NCBI RefSeq assembly: GCF_032191835.1
Contig: NC_083228.1
Coordinates: 110,174,001-110,238,000, forward strand
DNA length: 64,000 nucleotides
Direction: 5' to 3'
Origin: Heteronotia binoei
Lineage: Eukaryota
In this document: in pieces, positions 35,438-47,498 of the stretch
Position numbering within the stretch: the first letter of the stretch is position 1
Layout: the number at the start of each line of letters is the position of its first letter
Made by a program: the position numbers and the translations under genes
Notes under the pieces: model-generated
The model's input: the letters and a program-made list of their open reading frames with translations, nothing else
Told to the model about the DNA's origin: nothing
Databases searched by the model: none

Positions 35438-37765
35438 TATATAGACTCTAGGAATCAATAATTATGAATTAAAAACTTTCCTATTGTCTGCTGCTTTGCA
35501 TGCACTGATGTCTTTACCTTTTACAATGGTTACAGTCTGGTTTATGTATAGATCAGGAATTACACCTGAAGAACAAATGCCTGAAGTTAAGAAAAACCAG
35601 CCAAGTACAGCTGTGCTGGGCCATTGTGTGTGCACATTCACTTGTGTCAATGTGAAGGACCTTGTAGCATGCAGACAGAACAACAGATAACTGAAGTGTT
35701 GTATTCTTAGGAAACTTATTGCATGACCAGGAGACCTGACATTCCTCCAGTACATTTAATTGATTGTCATAGAGGTGCTGAATAGAACTATACTTGTTGC
35801 CTTCCAGTGCAGTCTTAAGCAGAGGTATACTGTTCTAAGTCCACTGAAGTGAACTGGCTTAAAAAAGGTGTAACTTTGCTCTTAGTCATTTTCTTTGATC
35901 TTCTCCCTAATAGTCTTCTTCTCTGTTGTCTAAATCATAAAGTCCAGCACTGTCTGATGCTGCATTATCCTTATGCAATTTCAGTTTGCAAGGAAGGAAT
36001 TGGATATATGAAATGTGTGACAGTGATGTTCTGATGACATATTGCTGGTATAGGAGATGTCCTTATAGACCTGTGGTTGGGGATACAGTGTGTATAATGC
36101 ATGGCAAGAGCCATTGTGATCAAATCAAAGTTGAGCCTGGCAGAGTTTACAGATACAAAGTTTTTGGCATTCAAAATGACTGACAAAGTAATGAGAGGGA
36201 ACTAATGGATATGCTACTTTGCTATCACAGTGCAGAATACTTGCCAGGTTGTTGACCTGTCAAATAGAACATTTCTTTCTTTACTGAAGTTCTGAGAAAC
36301 AACAAAGACTAAATCTGCATAATCTCATGGAACATCAGTTACTTTTTCAGTGTTCAGTTACCTGTTTGTTTTCCACAGCCCAGTTACTGAGGTAAAAATG
36401 CAGTTTCAAAGGGAGTGGGGGAAGAGTTGGTAAATTTAAAGCATAAACAGCAGCTTGAACAAAAACAAATGGCTACTGGATCGTTAAATGGGTTGAATAA
36501 TTTGTAGCTAAACTATGGATAGTGCTTAGAATTGTTAGTAAAAGAGGGCTACCTGTTACCTTTGACTGGCCAAATGTTTTACAGTGTGTCTTTGTTCATT
36601 GTCTCATGAAGGCCAATGCTTAACGAAACTTTAATCTCTTGTTATACAAAATCCAGTGATCTTTATGAGTAAAGTTTTTTACATACACTCTTACATAGGA
36701 TACAATCCATAATCTTCAATAATAACTTCAGGTGAAAGCTGTAGAATGTTTAAAGTTGTTCTGGATTTGAATAAGCTCAGAAAAAGTGGTCAGCAAAATA
36801 GGACCTGCATACTGATTTTTCCTGCTGCTGTGCATATAAATAAGAGATTTGGAATATATACACCTTGAAATCCACAGCACAGTATCCTGAGGATTGTGGA
36901 TTGTATTTTATGTAAGACTGTATGATCCAGTGGCTTGGGTATCTGTGGGCAATTGTTTTGTAACTGCAAGAACTGAAAAAAACCACTTTATTATATGTTT
37001 GAAAACCTTACTAATAAAGACCATTAACTTTTGTATAACAGAGATGCTTGAGGCATTCTGTAACATGGAGCCTTGTGGGTTATCTTGCTCTTCTCTGGCA
37101 TTTGTACATCAAATGTGCTTTTATTTGATCAGCAAGGTCACTGTTTTTATTAGTGAAACTGTTAATTACAAGCTGAATGGAGATAGCTGCTAACTGATGT
37201 CATGGTTTCATTTTTTCTTAACTGACATATACAGAAGTTTGAATAATCTCCCACTGTTTTTATTAATTCTTAACAGTCAGCTGTTATCAAAGATATCCAA
37301 CAGTATGCAAAATGGCTGGGGAACTGGCCAAACTGTAACTAGATAACATTTCTTTGATCAATATGTTGCTGAGTAATTGATGGAGTTGTCTGTGTTGTTG
37401 GTAAAAAGAGGACATTTTCCATATAAACTCAGAAGTGATGCAATAAAAATCTTGTATACAATTGATGTAAAGCAAATGCAGCAAATAGAAGACAATGGCT
37501 GCAATCCTAAAGGTACTTTCCTGGGACTAAGCCCCACTGAATGAAACTGGACTTAATTTTGACTTAGGGTTGCCAGACAGTGCCTGCATAACCTCCTGTA
37601 GCGATTGTCAACTGGTGGTAGGGTTGTGGGTGGAGAATTGGGGTGGTGGTGATGCTGGCTGCAGTGGTACGTAATTTCCAGTAAAAACTCAGAAGTGACA
37701 TAGGATAGCTTTAGGAATCACTAGGAACTCTGTGGTAAAACCATGAATCCTTTATCATGATAGAT

Positions 37766-37902
37766 NNNNNNNNNNNNNNNNNNNNNNNNNNNNNNNNNNN
37801 NNNNNNNNNNNNNNNNNNNNNNNNNNNNNNNNNNNNNNNNNNNNNNNNNNNNNNNNNNNNNNNNNNNNNNNNNNNNNNNNNNNNNNNNNNNNNNNNNNNN
37901 NN
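37766..37902. other. Assembly gap (137 N)
   Basis: Run of N. Confidence 1.
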
Positions 37903-39480
37903 TCACATAAATGTCAAAGAAAGTTCAGTACAATCTGTGTTTGAATATTCAGAGCATTCACAAGCAAGAAACTGAATAGGATAACTTATGCTTATATGGA
38001 ACACTCTATGCTCTTCCAAGACCCCACCCCATGGCTATACCAGAATAGCTGGGTTAGGAGTGAATATCTCTGTACTGTTAAAAATTGAAACAGTTGGCCT
38101 TTGTGCTTTTCAGAAATCAGACATGCTTAGCCTAGAAAAAGCTGCAGCAGTTTTAAAAAGTAGGAGTTCTGTTGTAGGATATTATAACGTTGAGATGTCT
38201 TTAAAGAGTCACTTAAGTGTATTTTATGGCTGTAGTAGATAGGAACGAATGCACAAAAATGATTAAAAAATATAAAACTCACAGTTAAATCAGATTAATA
38301 ATTACTGTAGAGAAAATGCTATGCCAGAGTGGACGCTTTGATGAATTGGTTTGACTAATTTGCCAATTTTTTTTAAAAAAATATTCTTCTCACAAGTTAA
38401 AAAATATTAAGTTCATTACTAGATGAATAAATGATATATTGATGGCCAGATGATGAGATATTGCTGTCTTCTACAATATGAAATGAAATGAGGTTTTGCT
38501 GTTCCTAGGAAGCTCACATATCCTGCTGTTTTATCTGATTTTTTTTTGCATGATTGCAATGGGCAATGTTTAATTATTCATGCTGTAAAAAATATAACTG
38601 TAATGCTGCCAATAGTTGTGCTAAATGAGGGCATAAATGAGTAAGCAAAAAACCAACAACACAAAACACAAACAAAAAACCCAAATAAAACTTAAAGCAG
38701 GTGGTGTAAAATAACACTGAGGCTACTATCCTGCACAGATTTAAGTCAGTCTTATGGGACATAAACATATAAATGGGCTGTAAACTAAAGGTTTTGAATT
38801 CTAAAATACAAACACTAGGGAGGAAGCAAAAATCCTATAAGATGCAATTGTCCCGGTCAATTAAACAAAATTGCATAACTGTAACATTCTGTATAGGTCT
38901 TAGTATGGAATGTGTCACTTGGGGGGAAGAATGGAAAGCCCCAACATTTTATCAAAAAAGCATCCAGATTGGAATCAAAGGTATGCTTTAGTTTTGTTGC
39001 TCTTCCACTGCCATCTGTTTTTCTTTATTATATCCACATGTTCAGCAAAGAGATGATTCATTATTTCTGGACTAAAAACAAAGCTGTAGCTCCATAAAAA
39101 CAATAAGATTGTAGGGCTGAACAGAAGCAGAATGTCTTCTGGGACAAGTTGGTCCAGGGCTTCCATGTATCCAGAACTGCATTGTGTTGTATTTCTGATA
39201 AATTATTTAAGCAGGTTCAAATGTGGGGCATTTCTGTCTGTGATGATTGATTTGTCATGGTTTGCTCATACATGCACATTACCATTTGATAAAGAAGACA
39301 CATGGGCATGGGTGGGCTGTCCTGAGATGCTGAAATTCAGAAGCAGGGAAGGGACAGCTTCTTCCTACAAGAGATTATGTAGTTGTTGTCAGAGCTGCAG
39401 CTTGGCATTAGCATTTAGTTGTGGAAAATTTGAAATTAGAAGTTCTCTCTAAAATCTTTATGACCATCCCTCCTAACTTT

Positions 39481-39685
39481 GTGGTGATGGAAGGTGCTGT
39501 CAAATGGCAGCCTACTTATGGCAACCTGTAGGGTTTTCTCAAAGCAAGAGATGTTCAGAGGCTGTGGGCCATTGCCTACCTCTGTGTATCAGCTGTGGAT
39601 TTCCTTGGTGGTCTCCCATTCAAACACTAATCAGGACTGCTTCTGAGATCAGACGAGATCTGGCTAGGCTGGGCTTTCTAGGTCA
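39481..39685 (-). mobile_element. 5S rRNA-headed SINE
   Basis: Reverse-complement homologue of 8661-8865. Confidence 0.7.
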
Positions 39686-39968
39686 AGCCCCTTCCCAACT
39701 TACACACTTATAAAACAGTATACATATGGATAGTTGTACGGTTTAGGAAAAAAATTGCAAAGATAATGCTGTGTTCAGGAAGCTTGGCATGCATTTTCTT
39801 CTGACTGCCAGGCCAATTCCACACTAGCCAATTTCATCATTTCTTTATATGATTTTGCAGAAAATTCAGGTGTTGCTGCCAAATTGTTGTGATCTAGAAC
39901 TTTCCAGATTATTATGCCATCTTTTCAAATCTTTTCAAACCATCTTTCCAAGCCAGCATGGTATAGTG

Positions 39969-40103
39969 CAGGGGTGGCCAACGGTAGCTCTCCAGATGTT
40001 TTTGCCTACAACTCCCATCAGCCCCAGCCAGCATGGCCAATGGCTGGGGCTGACGGGAGTTGTAGGCAAAAAACATCTGGAGAGCTACCGTTGGCCACCC
40101 CTG
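39969..40103. mobile_element. 135-bp hairpin hAT-type MITE inserted in a tRNA SINE head
   Basis: CAGGGGTGGCCAAC...GTTGGCCACCCCTG; ~62-bp arms with 1 mismatch and 1 indel; splits GGTATAGTG|GTTAGAGTG of a SINE A box. Confidence 0.88.
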
Positions 40104-40171
40104 GCAGTGGTTAGAGTGCTGGAGTTGGACCTGGGAGACCCAGGCTGGAATCCTGACTATGCCATGGAAGC

Positions 40172-40320
40172 TTGCTGGGTAAGAACATAAGAGAAGCCAT
40201 GTTGGATCAGTCCAATGGCCCATCCAGTCCAACACTCTGTCACACCGTGGTCAATAAACCAAGTTGCCATCAGGAGATCCACCAGTGGGGCCATAAGACC
40301 CAGACATGGCAGTGTTGAAA
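40172..40320 (-). mobile_element. CR1 LINE 3' end
   Basis: AAGAACATAAGAGAAGCCATGTTGGATCAG...CCAGTCCAACACTCTG, reverse of the CR1 tail. Confidence 0.8.
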
Positions 40321-42289
40321 TTGGAAGGAAGATGTGGAGGTGGTGGCTTGGGGCTCCTAGAGAATAGAGAGAGAGGGAAATGGAGAGAGAAACAAAAACA
40401 CCACCCAAAACTCCATGGGAAAGGCCTAGAAAAGACTTGGCACATAGCAGTGCACAGTCGCAGTGGGTCAGGAGGTAAGACTAAGAAATATTTACTTGAG
40501 CAGTGAATTAAACTAAGGGAGCAAGGGAAGTATGAGCTTCTGAATCTGAGTGCTTGACTATTATGTTCAATTCCATCGATGCTATTGCACACCAATGTGG
40601 AAATAGCAGGAAACAGCACAACTGACCAGTATTTCTTTATCCTCCCAAGATGAAATGGTATTGCAAAGAGAAAGCAATATCAAGGGATATGGTTAAAGCA
40701 TCAATTGTACCAAATGGAACTTTGGTAAATAGACTGAAGATCTTGTTTATTTATTAAGCTATTTATTGTTTTGCTTGCACTGCAAAGGGAATCAAAAGCC
40801 GTTTATAGTCCCATTGTCCTCTCCTCTGTTTTATTCTTATAACAGCTCTGTGATATATGTTGTGTTGAGAGAGAATGACCTGCCCAAGAGGCTTTAGTGA
40901 ACTTTCATCATGGTCTGGTGGAAATTCATACCTGACAGTGCAGTCTTAGTCAGAATTAACTCTTCAAAGCATAAAAGTGCATTTTACTATTATGTTCAGT
41001 TCCATTGATGCAAACCAATGTGGAAATGCATCTAGAAGTATAAGGATTGCACAGTGGGTATCCTAAGTCCTAGCCTGACACTCCAGCTACTACACACAGT
41101 GCTGCCTCTATCGTAGAGGGGAAGAGAGCATTGCAGGTTTTAATGGGGGTACAGCACTGTACTAATATCAGAATGCAATTTCACTTTGATCCCCTTTCAA
41201 GCTGGTTTTCCTTACCTACTCTTTACCCCTTTTTCCTTAATAAAAGCTGAGTTTTCAAGGCAGAATATCTTATGGGAGGAGGGAACCATATGCAGTTCAC
41301 TTTTGTTTACATAATACTGAAGCACAAATTTTGCATTTAGGTAGCACATTTTACACACAACGAAGTGTAAATATGCCTTTGGCTCATGTTTTCAGTTGGC
41401 AAACAAAGTGCTACTTATTGTGTCCAGAGTCCCCATTATGAAACCGCAGAAATAGAAAAATATTGTTAAACAGATGAACGTTCAGTTTTGAAGAGTGTGG
41501 TTTAGGAATGCACTGAGGAACTCATACTGACTGGTAATTTTACAGCTAAGTGATTTATTAAGCAAGGACTCTTGAGAATATGCAGAGGGAAAGAGGTGGG
41601 GACCTATTTTTCCTTTCTGCTGCAATTGTTAGCTCCATTGAATACAATACTAGACCTTTTAAGGATTACTCCCTTGCAGTGTAATCGCTGGCAGTGTGAC
41701 ACTCGGTCATGGATTTAGAAGGCAGTAACTTGTTTAGGATTGCAATGTTGATCTTCTTATCAAAGGATACTGACAGTAAATATGGAACTGGACTTTGGAA
41801 GGGGTGCCAACTTTTAAACCAGTCATCTTTATTATCTATGTGATCTGCAGGCAATGTTATTTAGCTCAATGCCATGAAAAACTTTTAAGTGCCCACTTTT
41901 TCATATTAAACCGGTATTAAAAGGACTGGACTTTTTCCTGGCAACTTTATCTGCAGGGACTTCATGTCCTAGCTCCCTGAACTTGGGACACTGGAAAGGC
42001 TGGCAATATGTCCAGAGATATCTAAAGAGAGACGAGATGAAACATGGCTCTAGGAGGCTCTATGATGTAGCAGGTGGGGGGCTTGAAAGGGCCAGTGTAG
42101 TGGCCCAAGAATTTTCAGGATGTGGTGCCCTTTGTGTTGACTGAAGCAACATTACCAACAAAACCATACTGCTGTCCCAGGAATACTGCCTGTATGCTGC
42201 TGTCTTCTGCTGCCAGGAATATTTTTCAGCAGCATAAATGAAATGTATGCACATGTACTACCCAATGCAGTAGTGGGGTTGTTCTGATC

Positions 42290-42640
42290 ATCTCTGGGGA
42301 ACTGGTTGTCTGTCCAACAGGGCCAAAGCAATGTGGAAAGGGAAAGCAATAATCAAATTTCAGGAGCAAGAGCAAAATTTCAGGAGCAAGGGAAAGCAAT
42401 AATCAAATTTCAGGAGCAAGAGGCCAATTCAGAAAGACTCCTCATAGGTACTGTAGTCCAGAGTCAAATTCCAGAAAGGCAAATAGTACATGGCAAGTGC
42501 CCAGATTACTTAGCAAAGCAGGATGAGACCCAGGAGCCTTCTCTGGCTCCAGTGTTAGAAAAAAATTGGGCTTTGAGGTCAGCTGACTGAGCCAGTTGAG
42601 GAGGCTGTTGCTTCCTTGGTAGGTTTTTTGAAGTCAGGTT
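42290..42640. mobile_element. Degraded LTR-like element with an internal 33-bp direct repeat
   Basis: GGGAAAGCAATAATCAAATTTCAGGAGCAAGAG at 42340-42372 and 42390-42422; composition resembles the 14945 LTR; termini not found. Confidence 0.35.
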
Positions 42641-43507
42641 TGTGCTTGAAACCTTGATGGTAGCAGAGAATGGCTGATGGGAGCCACAGTTCAAGATTGT
42701 TTAGGCACATGTACACCTGTTCGGTTAGGCTGCTGTGTTGAAGTGTGTTGAAGTGATCAAGTGGCTCAAACATCAGCATGAAAATGTTTACTGATGCATG
42801 GAGACAAAAGAATCTTTTTGATCAAGGCACCTTCAGAGATCAAAGCCAAAGGGACAGTGGAGATGCTGCATCAAAACTTCCATCTAATTTGCAGGCCAGT
42901 CTGACGCAAACTGATTTTATAAATGAGAAACTTTACATAAATCCTAAAATTATCACGATTTTCATTTTTCCACTTATTTGTTCACTCACATTTGGCCTAG
43001 AGAGTGTCAGGTTTGCATCAAAAACTGCCTTTCCATATCATTCACTGGCTGGGAACAATGAGTTTATAATTCTAGTAACTTTTAAAATTAAAACATTTCC
43101 TTTAACAGCAGTGTATGACTAAACTGTCTTGTGTTCCTGCAACTCCATTTTTTTTTTAGCACAACAAATATTGGTTAGGAGAATAAATTAAATAAGGACT
43201 ATTGATTTCCTTCCTTTCCTGCATGCATTTCTCAGTTTTACTAGGTGTCTAATATTAAGCCATTCTGCAGACCTTGACAGTATTTTAAGTTAAGCAAGTT
43301 CTGCCTGCTGAATAACAAACACTGTGCTCCTAAGAACACATTCTTGGGACTAAGTTACTTCAAAGTAGACCTGTTTAGGCATGCTCCCTAAAACAACAGT
43401 CTACACAGTTGGAGAGCCACGTCTACACAAAAGAACTGTCCAGTGGTTAGGGTTGCTAACAGACTTGGCGAAAAATGTCCTGTAATTGTAAAAAAAAGAA
43501 AAAGAAA

Positions 43508-43707
43508 AGGTAGAGGTAGTCTTCTGTGCAAGCACCAGTCATTTCTGACTCTGGGGTGACGTCACATCACAATGTTTTCACGGTACACTTTTTACAGGGT
43601 GGTTTGCTGTTGCCTTCCCCAGTCATCTACACTTTCCCCCCAGCAAGCTGGGTACTTATTTTATCGACCTTGGAAGGATGGAAGGCTGAGTCAACCTTGA
43701 GCTGGCT
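43508..43707 (-). mobile_element. Sauria SINE, 5'-truncated
   Basis: Homologous to the 3' two-thirds of 35153-35437. Confidence 0.85.
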
Positions 43708-44468
43708 TAATAATAATAATAATAGAGGCTTAATAGGATGTTATTTATCCCTATGCCATGAAAATGTTCATCTCCCTATTAAGCCCCTATTGAAGGGACA
43801 GGACATTTCCCTTAAGCCTGCTAGCAACCCTCCCAGTGTTGCTTACTCCCAAAAAAGCATTCTTAGGATTGCAGTGTAAGACCAATAGTACTTAATACTC
43901 ATAGTTGTAATGGCTTAACACAGGTAGTGTTGACTTTAAATTGAACAAAACAGTTAATAACCTATGAATTTCTGAAATGCTGATTTCAGATTTCACCTGG
44001 ATTTTTAGGACAACGTTATGCTGATGTTTTGCAGGGATTATTGCAGGTTCTACTGTTTCCTTGCAAAGATTGACTCAAAGTTAGAACTAGTCTGTCTTAA
44101 TAAAAAAAAATAGGCAGTCTCTGTCAGTGAATAAGATGTACATACAATGCCTAAAATAATTAATAATAATGTTAATATAAATGCTTGGTTAGGTTTGCTT
44201 TTCCTTGTGACCGTTAAAATGATTGAAATACCAAATGGAAGGTGCCCCTTGCCTGATGCATGGGAACAGTTGTAGGCAATTCTCTGTAATGCATTGACTG
44301 CAGTTTCAAATATGCAAAATCACTGCTGTTTCAAAATGAAAGTTCACACTAGGAACAGTAGTTCTGTTGAGAGCTTGACTGCTTTTGGTTGCATCATTTG
44401 GACTGGGATCTTTTTGCTGTCAGTGCAGTGTACAATGTACAAAGAGTTCACTAGGAGCTGTTAGGACC

Positions 44469-44632
44469 AGAGTTGCCAGCAGGCCTGGAGAACAGTGTCC
44501 TGTCTTGTTATTAGAGGCTTAATGTGTGGAAATGAGCAGCTGAAGATTTTCGTGGCCTGTAGATAAAACATCCCATTAAAGTCCTATTAAAAGAACAGAA
44601 CTTTTCCCCCCTCCAGGCAGTTGGCAACCCTG
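44469..44632. mobile_element. Short hAT-type MITE (TAGGGTTGCCA-class)
   Basis: GAGTTGCCAGCAGGCCTGGAG...CTCCAGGCAGTTGGCAACCCT termini. Confidence 0.6.
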
Positions 44633-44934
44633 ATTAGTAGGTCAGACTAATTCATGCCACTAGGGAACAGTCACCAGTAATTTCTGTTGAGGACCAAGAA
44701 TCCACTGTGTCAAGCACACTTTACCCTTTATGTGGTGGATATATTTGACCTGCATTGTGGCAAACACTGTTAACATTTGAAAGGGAAAACAGATGGGAAA
44801 TATGGGGAACCAAGCTGGGTAATTGCAAATCTGCAAGCTGAAGAAGTACATATTCTCATCATATATTTGTAGACACATGGTGTGCCATCAGGAAATAAAT
44901 GTTAGCTATCTTCCTGTAGGGGACATAGAAAATT

Positions 44935-45172
44935 ATTTCAATATATTTATTTAGATGTTGGTTATCCATTGTATCTCTAACTGGAACCTCCATAGCAGCT
45001 TTCAACATTGCTCTCCCCTCTTCCATTTTATTTTCATGCCAACAACTTGGTGAAGGATGTTAGAGTGAGAGAAAATGAATGGTCCCAAGATCACCTGGCC
45101 ATTTTCCATAGCAAAATGGAGATTCAGATTTAGATCTCACAAATCCTATTCCAGCACACTGCAACACCATAC
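44935..45172 (-). mobile_element. Old MIR/Ther1-like SINE
   Basis: Degenerate core CCATTTTATTTTCATGCCAACAAC...GTGAAG...CCCAAGATCACC. Confidence 0.55.
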
Positions 45173-45179
45173 TTTCTCT

Positions 45180-46121
45180 CAGGGCTTTTTTTGTAGAAAA
45201 AGGTCAGCAGCAGGGGCGACCCAATGCCCCATGGCGCCCTAGGCAGACTTGCTGCCTGGTGCCCCCCCAAGCAACCCTGCTCCTCCCCCCGCCGCACTCC
45301 CTCCCCCCTGAGCTGCCTCTTCCCTCCCTTCAGACCCTCCCCCCGTGTCATTTTCAATGCCGGAACCAGCTCTAGCGCCACATTCCGGCTCTTTAAAGCC
45401 CCCCCTCCCTGGCAGAACACTTGAAACGTGGCTAAAACCGCGCTGCTGAGGCGGGGCGCGCTCACCAGCTCTCTCCCATCCAGGAAGTGGGGAGGGGAGG
45501 AGTCAGTAGCAGTGGGGGTTGTTCTTTCAGCATGCTCTTCCTGAGAGCTGGTGAGTGTGCCCTGCCCCCGCGGCGCAGTTTTAGCCGCGTTTCGAGTGTT
45601 CGGCCAGGGAGGGGAAGGCTTTAAAGAGCTGGAATGCAGTGCTAGAGCCGGTTCTGGCATTGAAAATGACACTTGGGGGGGAAGGGTCCGAACTCCAAAG
45701 GGAGGGAGGAGGAGGCATGGCTGGGGGGGAGGCGGGGGGCGCAAAGCCCTGGCGGGGAGGGGGGAAGTGTGGAGCCACTGGGGGGAGGCGAAGGGAATGG
45801 AGGAGCAGGCAGTGGCAGCGATGGTGGCGGGTGGTGGTAGTGGTGGGGGAGGCAGGCAGGCAAACTGGGTGCTTGCCTGGGGCACCGGGAGGGGGGGCGG
45901 GGAAGCCCAATTTGCTGCCCCCACCCTCCCGGTGCCCTAGGCAACCGCCTAGTTTGCTTAGCGGGAGGTTCAGCCCTGCCCAGCAGGAACTTATTTGCAT
46001 ATTAAGCCACACCTGCTGCCACACCATTGTTTTGCAAAGGAACTCATATATTAGGCCACGCCCTCTGATGCCAAGCCAGCCGGAACTGCGTTCCTGTGCA
46101 TTCCTGCTCAAAAAAGCCCGG
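45180..46121 (+). mobile_element. hAT MITE (CAGGGCTTTTT TIR), copy 3, containing a nested insertion
   Basis: Exact 8-bp TSD CTTTCTCT (45172-45179, 46122-46129); MITE halves 45180-45210 and 45979-46121. Confidence 0.9.
45211..45978. mobile_element. GC-rich foldback hAT-type element nested in MITE copy 3
   Basis: CAGGGGCG...CAGCCCTG termini; 8-bp TSD gtcagcag/cccagcag; ~160-bp internal inverted repeats (~45326-45486 vs ~45537-45692). Confidence 0.8.
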
Positions 46122-47323
46122 CTTTCTCTTAATACAATTAGACTTGAGTGGTGATAGAATTCAAAAATACACCATAGCCAACTGGAGGTGCCTCATAAAT
46201 AGTTCTGATTTGATAGCCTAACCAGAAGTGGCAGGGATGTAGGTTGGCTAAAGCAAGAAGAAGTAGCAAAAATACAGCTAGCAGGAAAATCCATTATGAG
46301 TTGCTGCATGTGTTGCAATTTTTGTGCTTTGATATGTTTATGTGTGGCACGGTTGGGTCCCCCCCCCCCCGTCATAGTTATATGCTGTCAGCTCCACGCA
46401 TTGCCTGACTGTTGCCACTGTACTTGAAAAAGAAAACACTTGTGCCACATTGCATCAATTTGATCCCTGGCATGCCGGCACAGGCCAGGAAAATGATTGA
46501 TCTTACTTCATTATCCCTTCAGGAGGCCCTAATATTACTGCCCTGCTTGATTCTTTAAATCCAGTGCCATCAGGGAGAATATGGTGTTTCTCCTCATTAT
46601 TAAAGCAGTTTCCCAGCCAGTATGGAACATATGCCCATCAACAGCTGCTATGGGAAAGTAAAAGATGGGAATAGAAATATTCCCTTAATATTGATCAAAA
46701 TGCTTCCAACAGCACTGTAGATCATTCCACAGCAACCTGATTTGTCTATAATGCACCAAAACTCTCAGGGTTTTTTTAATTAAAGCTGTCTGCTGCATTT
46801 CATGCATCCAGCTCTCCATATACAGAGGATTTCATTTCCGTATTAAAGAATTTCATTTCAGTGACATGTTGTGGGCTCTGTTGCACTAAGAAAGATAATC
46901 TAGTCTCCATGACTGACCTGTGCATTACAGTTTGCTCCAAAGGCTCCAAAGCGGGCCCCAAGTAAATGCAGTTGTGAGCTGCATTTCCCCCCTCCCCCCA
47001 GTGAACACCTGTCCCACTCATTTCACACCAGTCATCCAACAGCTATTAGAAGAAAATGACTGTTAGTAGAGAGAAGTGGTTGGTTGTGGGCGGCTAACAA
47101 GCCCAAGCCAAGACTCACATTCAGATATTACAGCTTCCTCCTCAAGTACTTCTGTTCTGACACCATTCATGTTCCCATACAGTCAGAAAAAAGGTTTCAC
47201 TTTTAATGAATTTGCTACTCAAATGATTTATTTTCAGTGAGGTAGTTTTTTGTGTACTTTTGAGGCTGTTCAGTCTTTCTCACTAAGAGATAAACTAGAT
47301 GTGACTGGGAGGCTGTGATAAAG

Positions 47324-47498
47324 CATTTGATAGGCATGCAGAAGGTCCCTGGTTCAGTCTTCTGTATAGCTGGTAAAAAAGATCAGGTAGTCAAAAGACC
47401 TCTGCCTGAGACCCTGGAGAGCCACTGCCAGTCTGAGTAGACAATACTGACCTTAATAGACCAATGGTGTAATTCGGAATAAGGTAACTTCAATTGTC
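47324..47498 (+). mobile_element. Diverged tRNA-headed SINE (same family as 4459-4670)
   Basis: CAGAAGGTCCCTGGTTCAG...GAGACCCTGGAGAGCCACTGCCAGTCTGAGTAGACAATACTGAC. Confidence 0.75.

Noticed and set aside
35975-36186. Coding-looking segment with overlapping ORFs on both strands, or a C/D snoRNA-like GTGATG...CTGA
   Set aside because: No frame is flanked by good splice sites, no terminal stem, and no protein or RNA family recognised.
45130-46154. Overlapping 100-264-aa ORFs
   Set aside because: Artefacts of the GC-rich, stop-poor foldback transposon; Pro/Gly low complexity with no transposase motifs.
47238-47259. let-7-like TGAGGTAGTTTTTTGTGTAC
   Set aside because: Only the first 9 nt match and no complementary 3p arm or hairpin follows.
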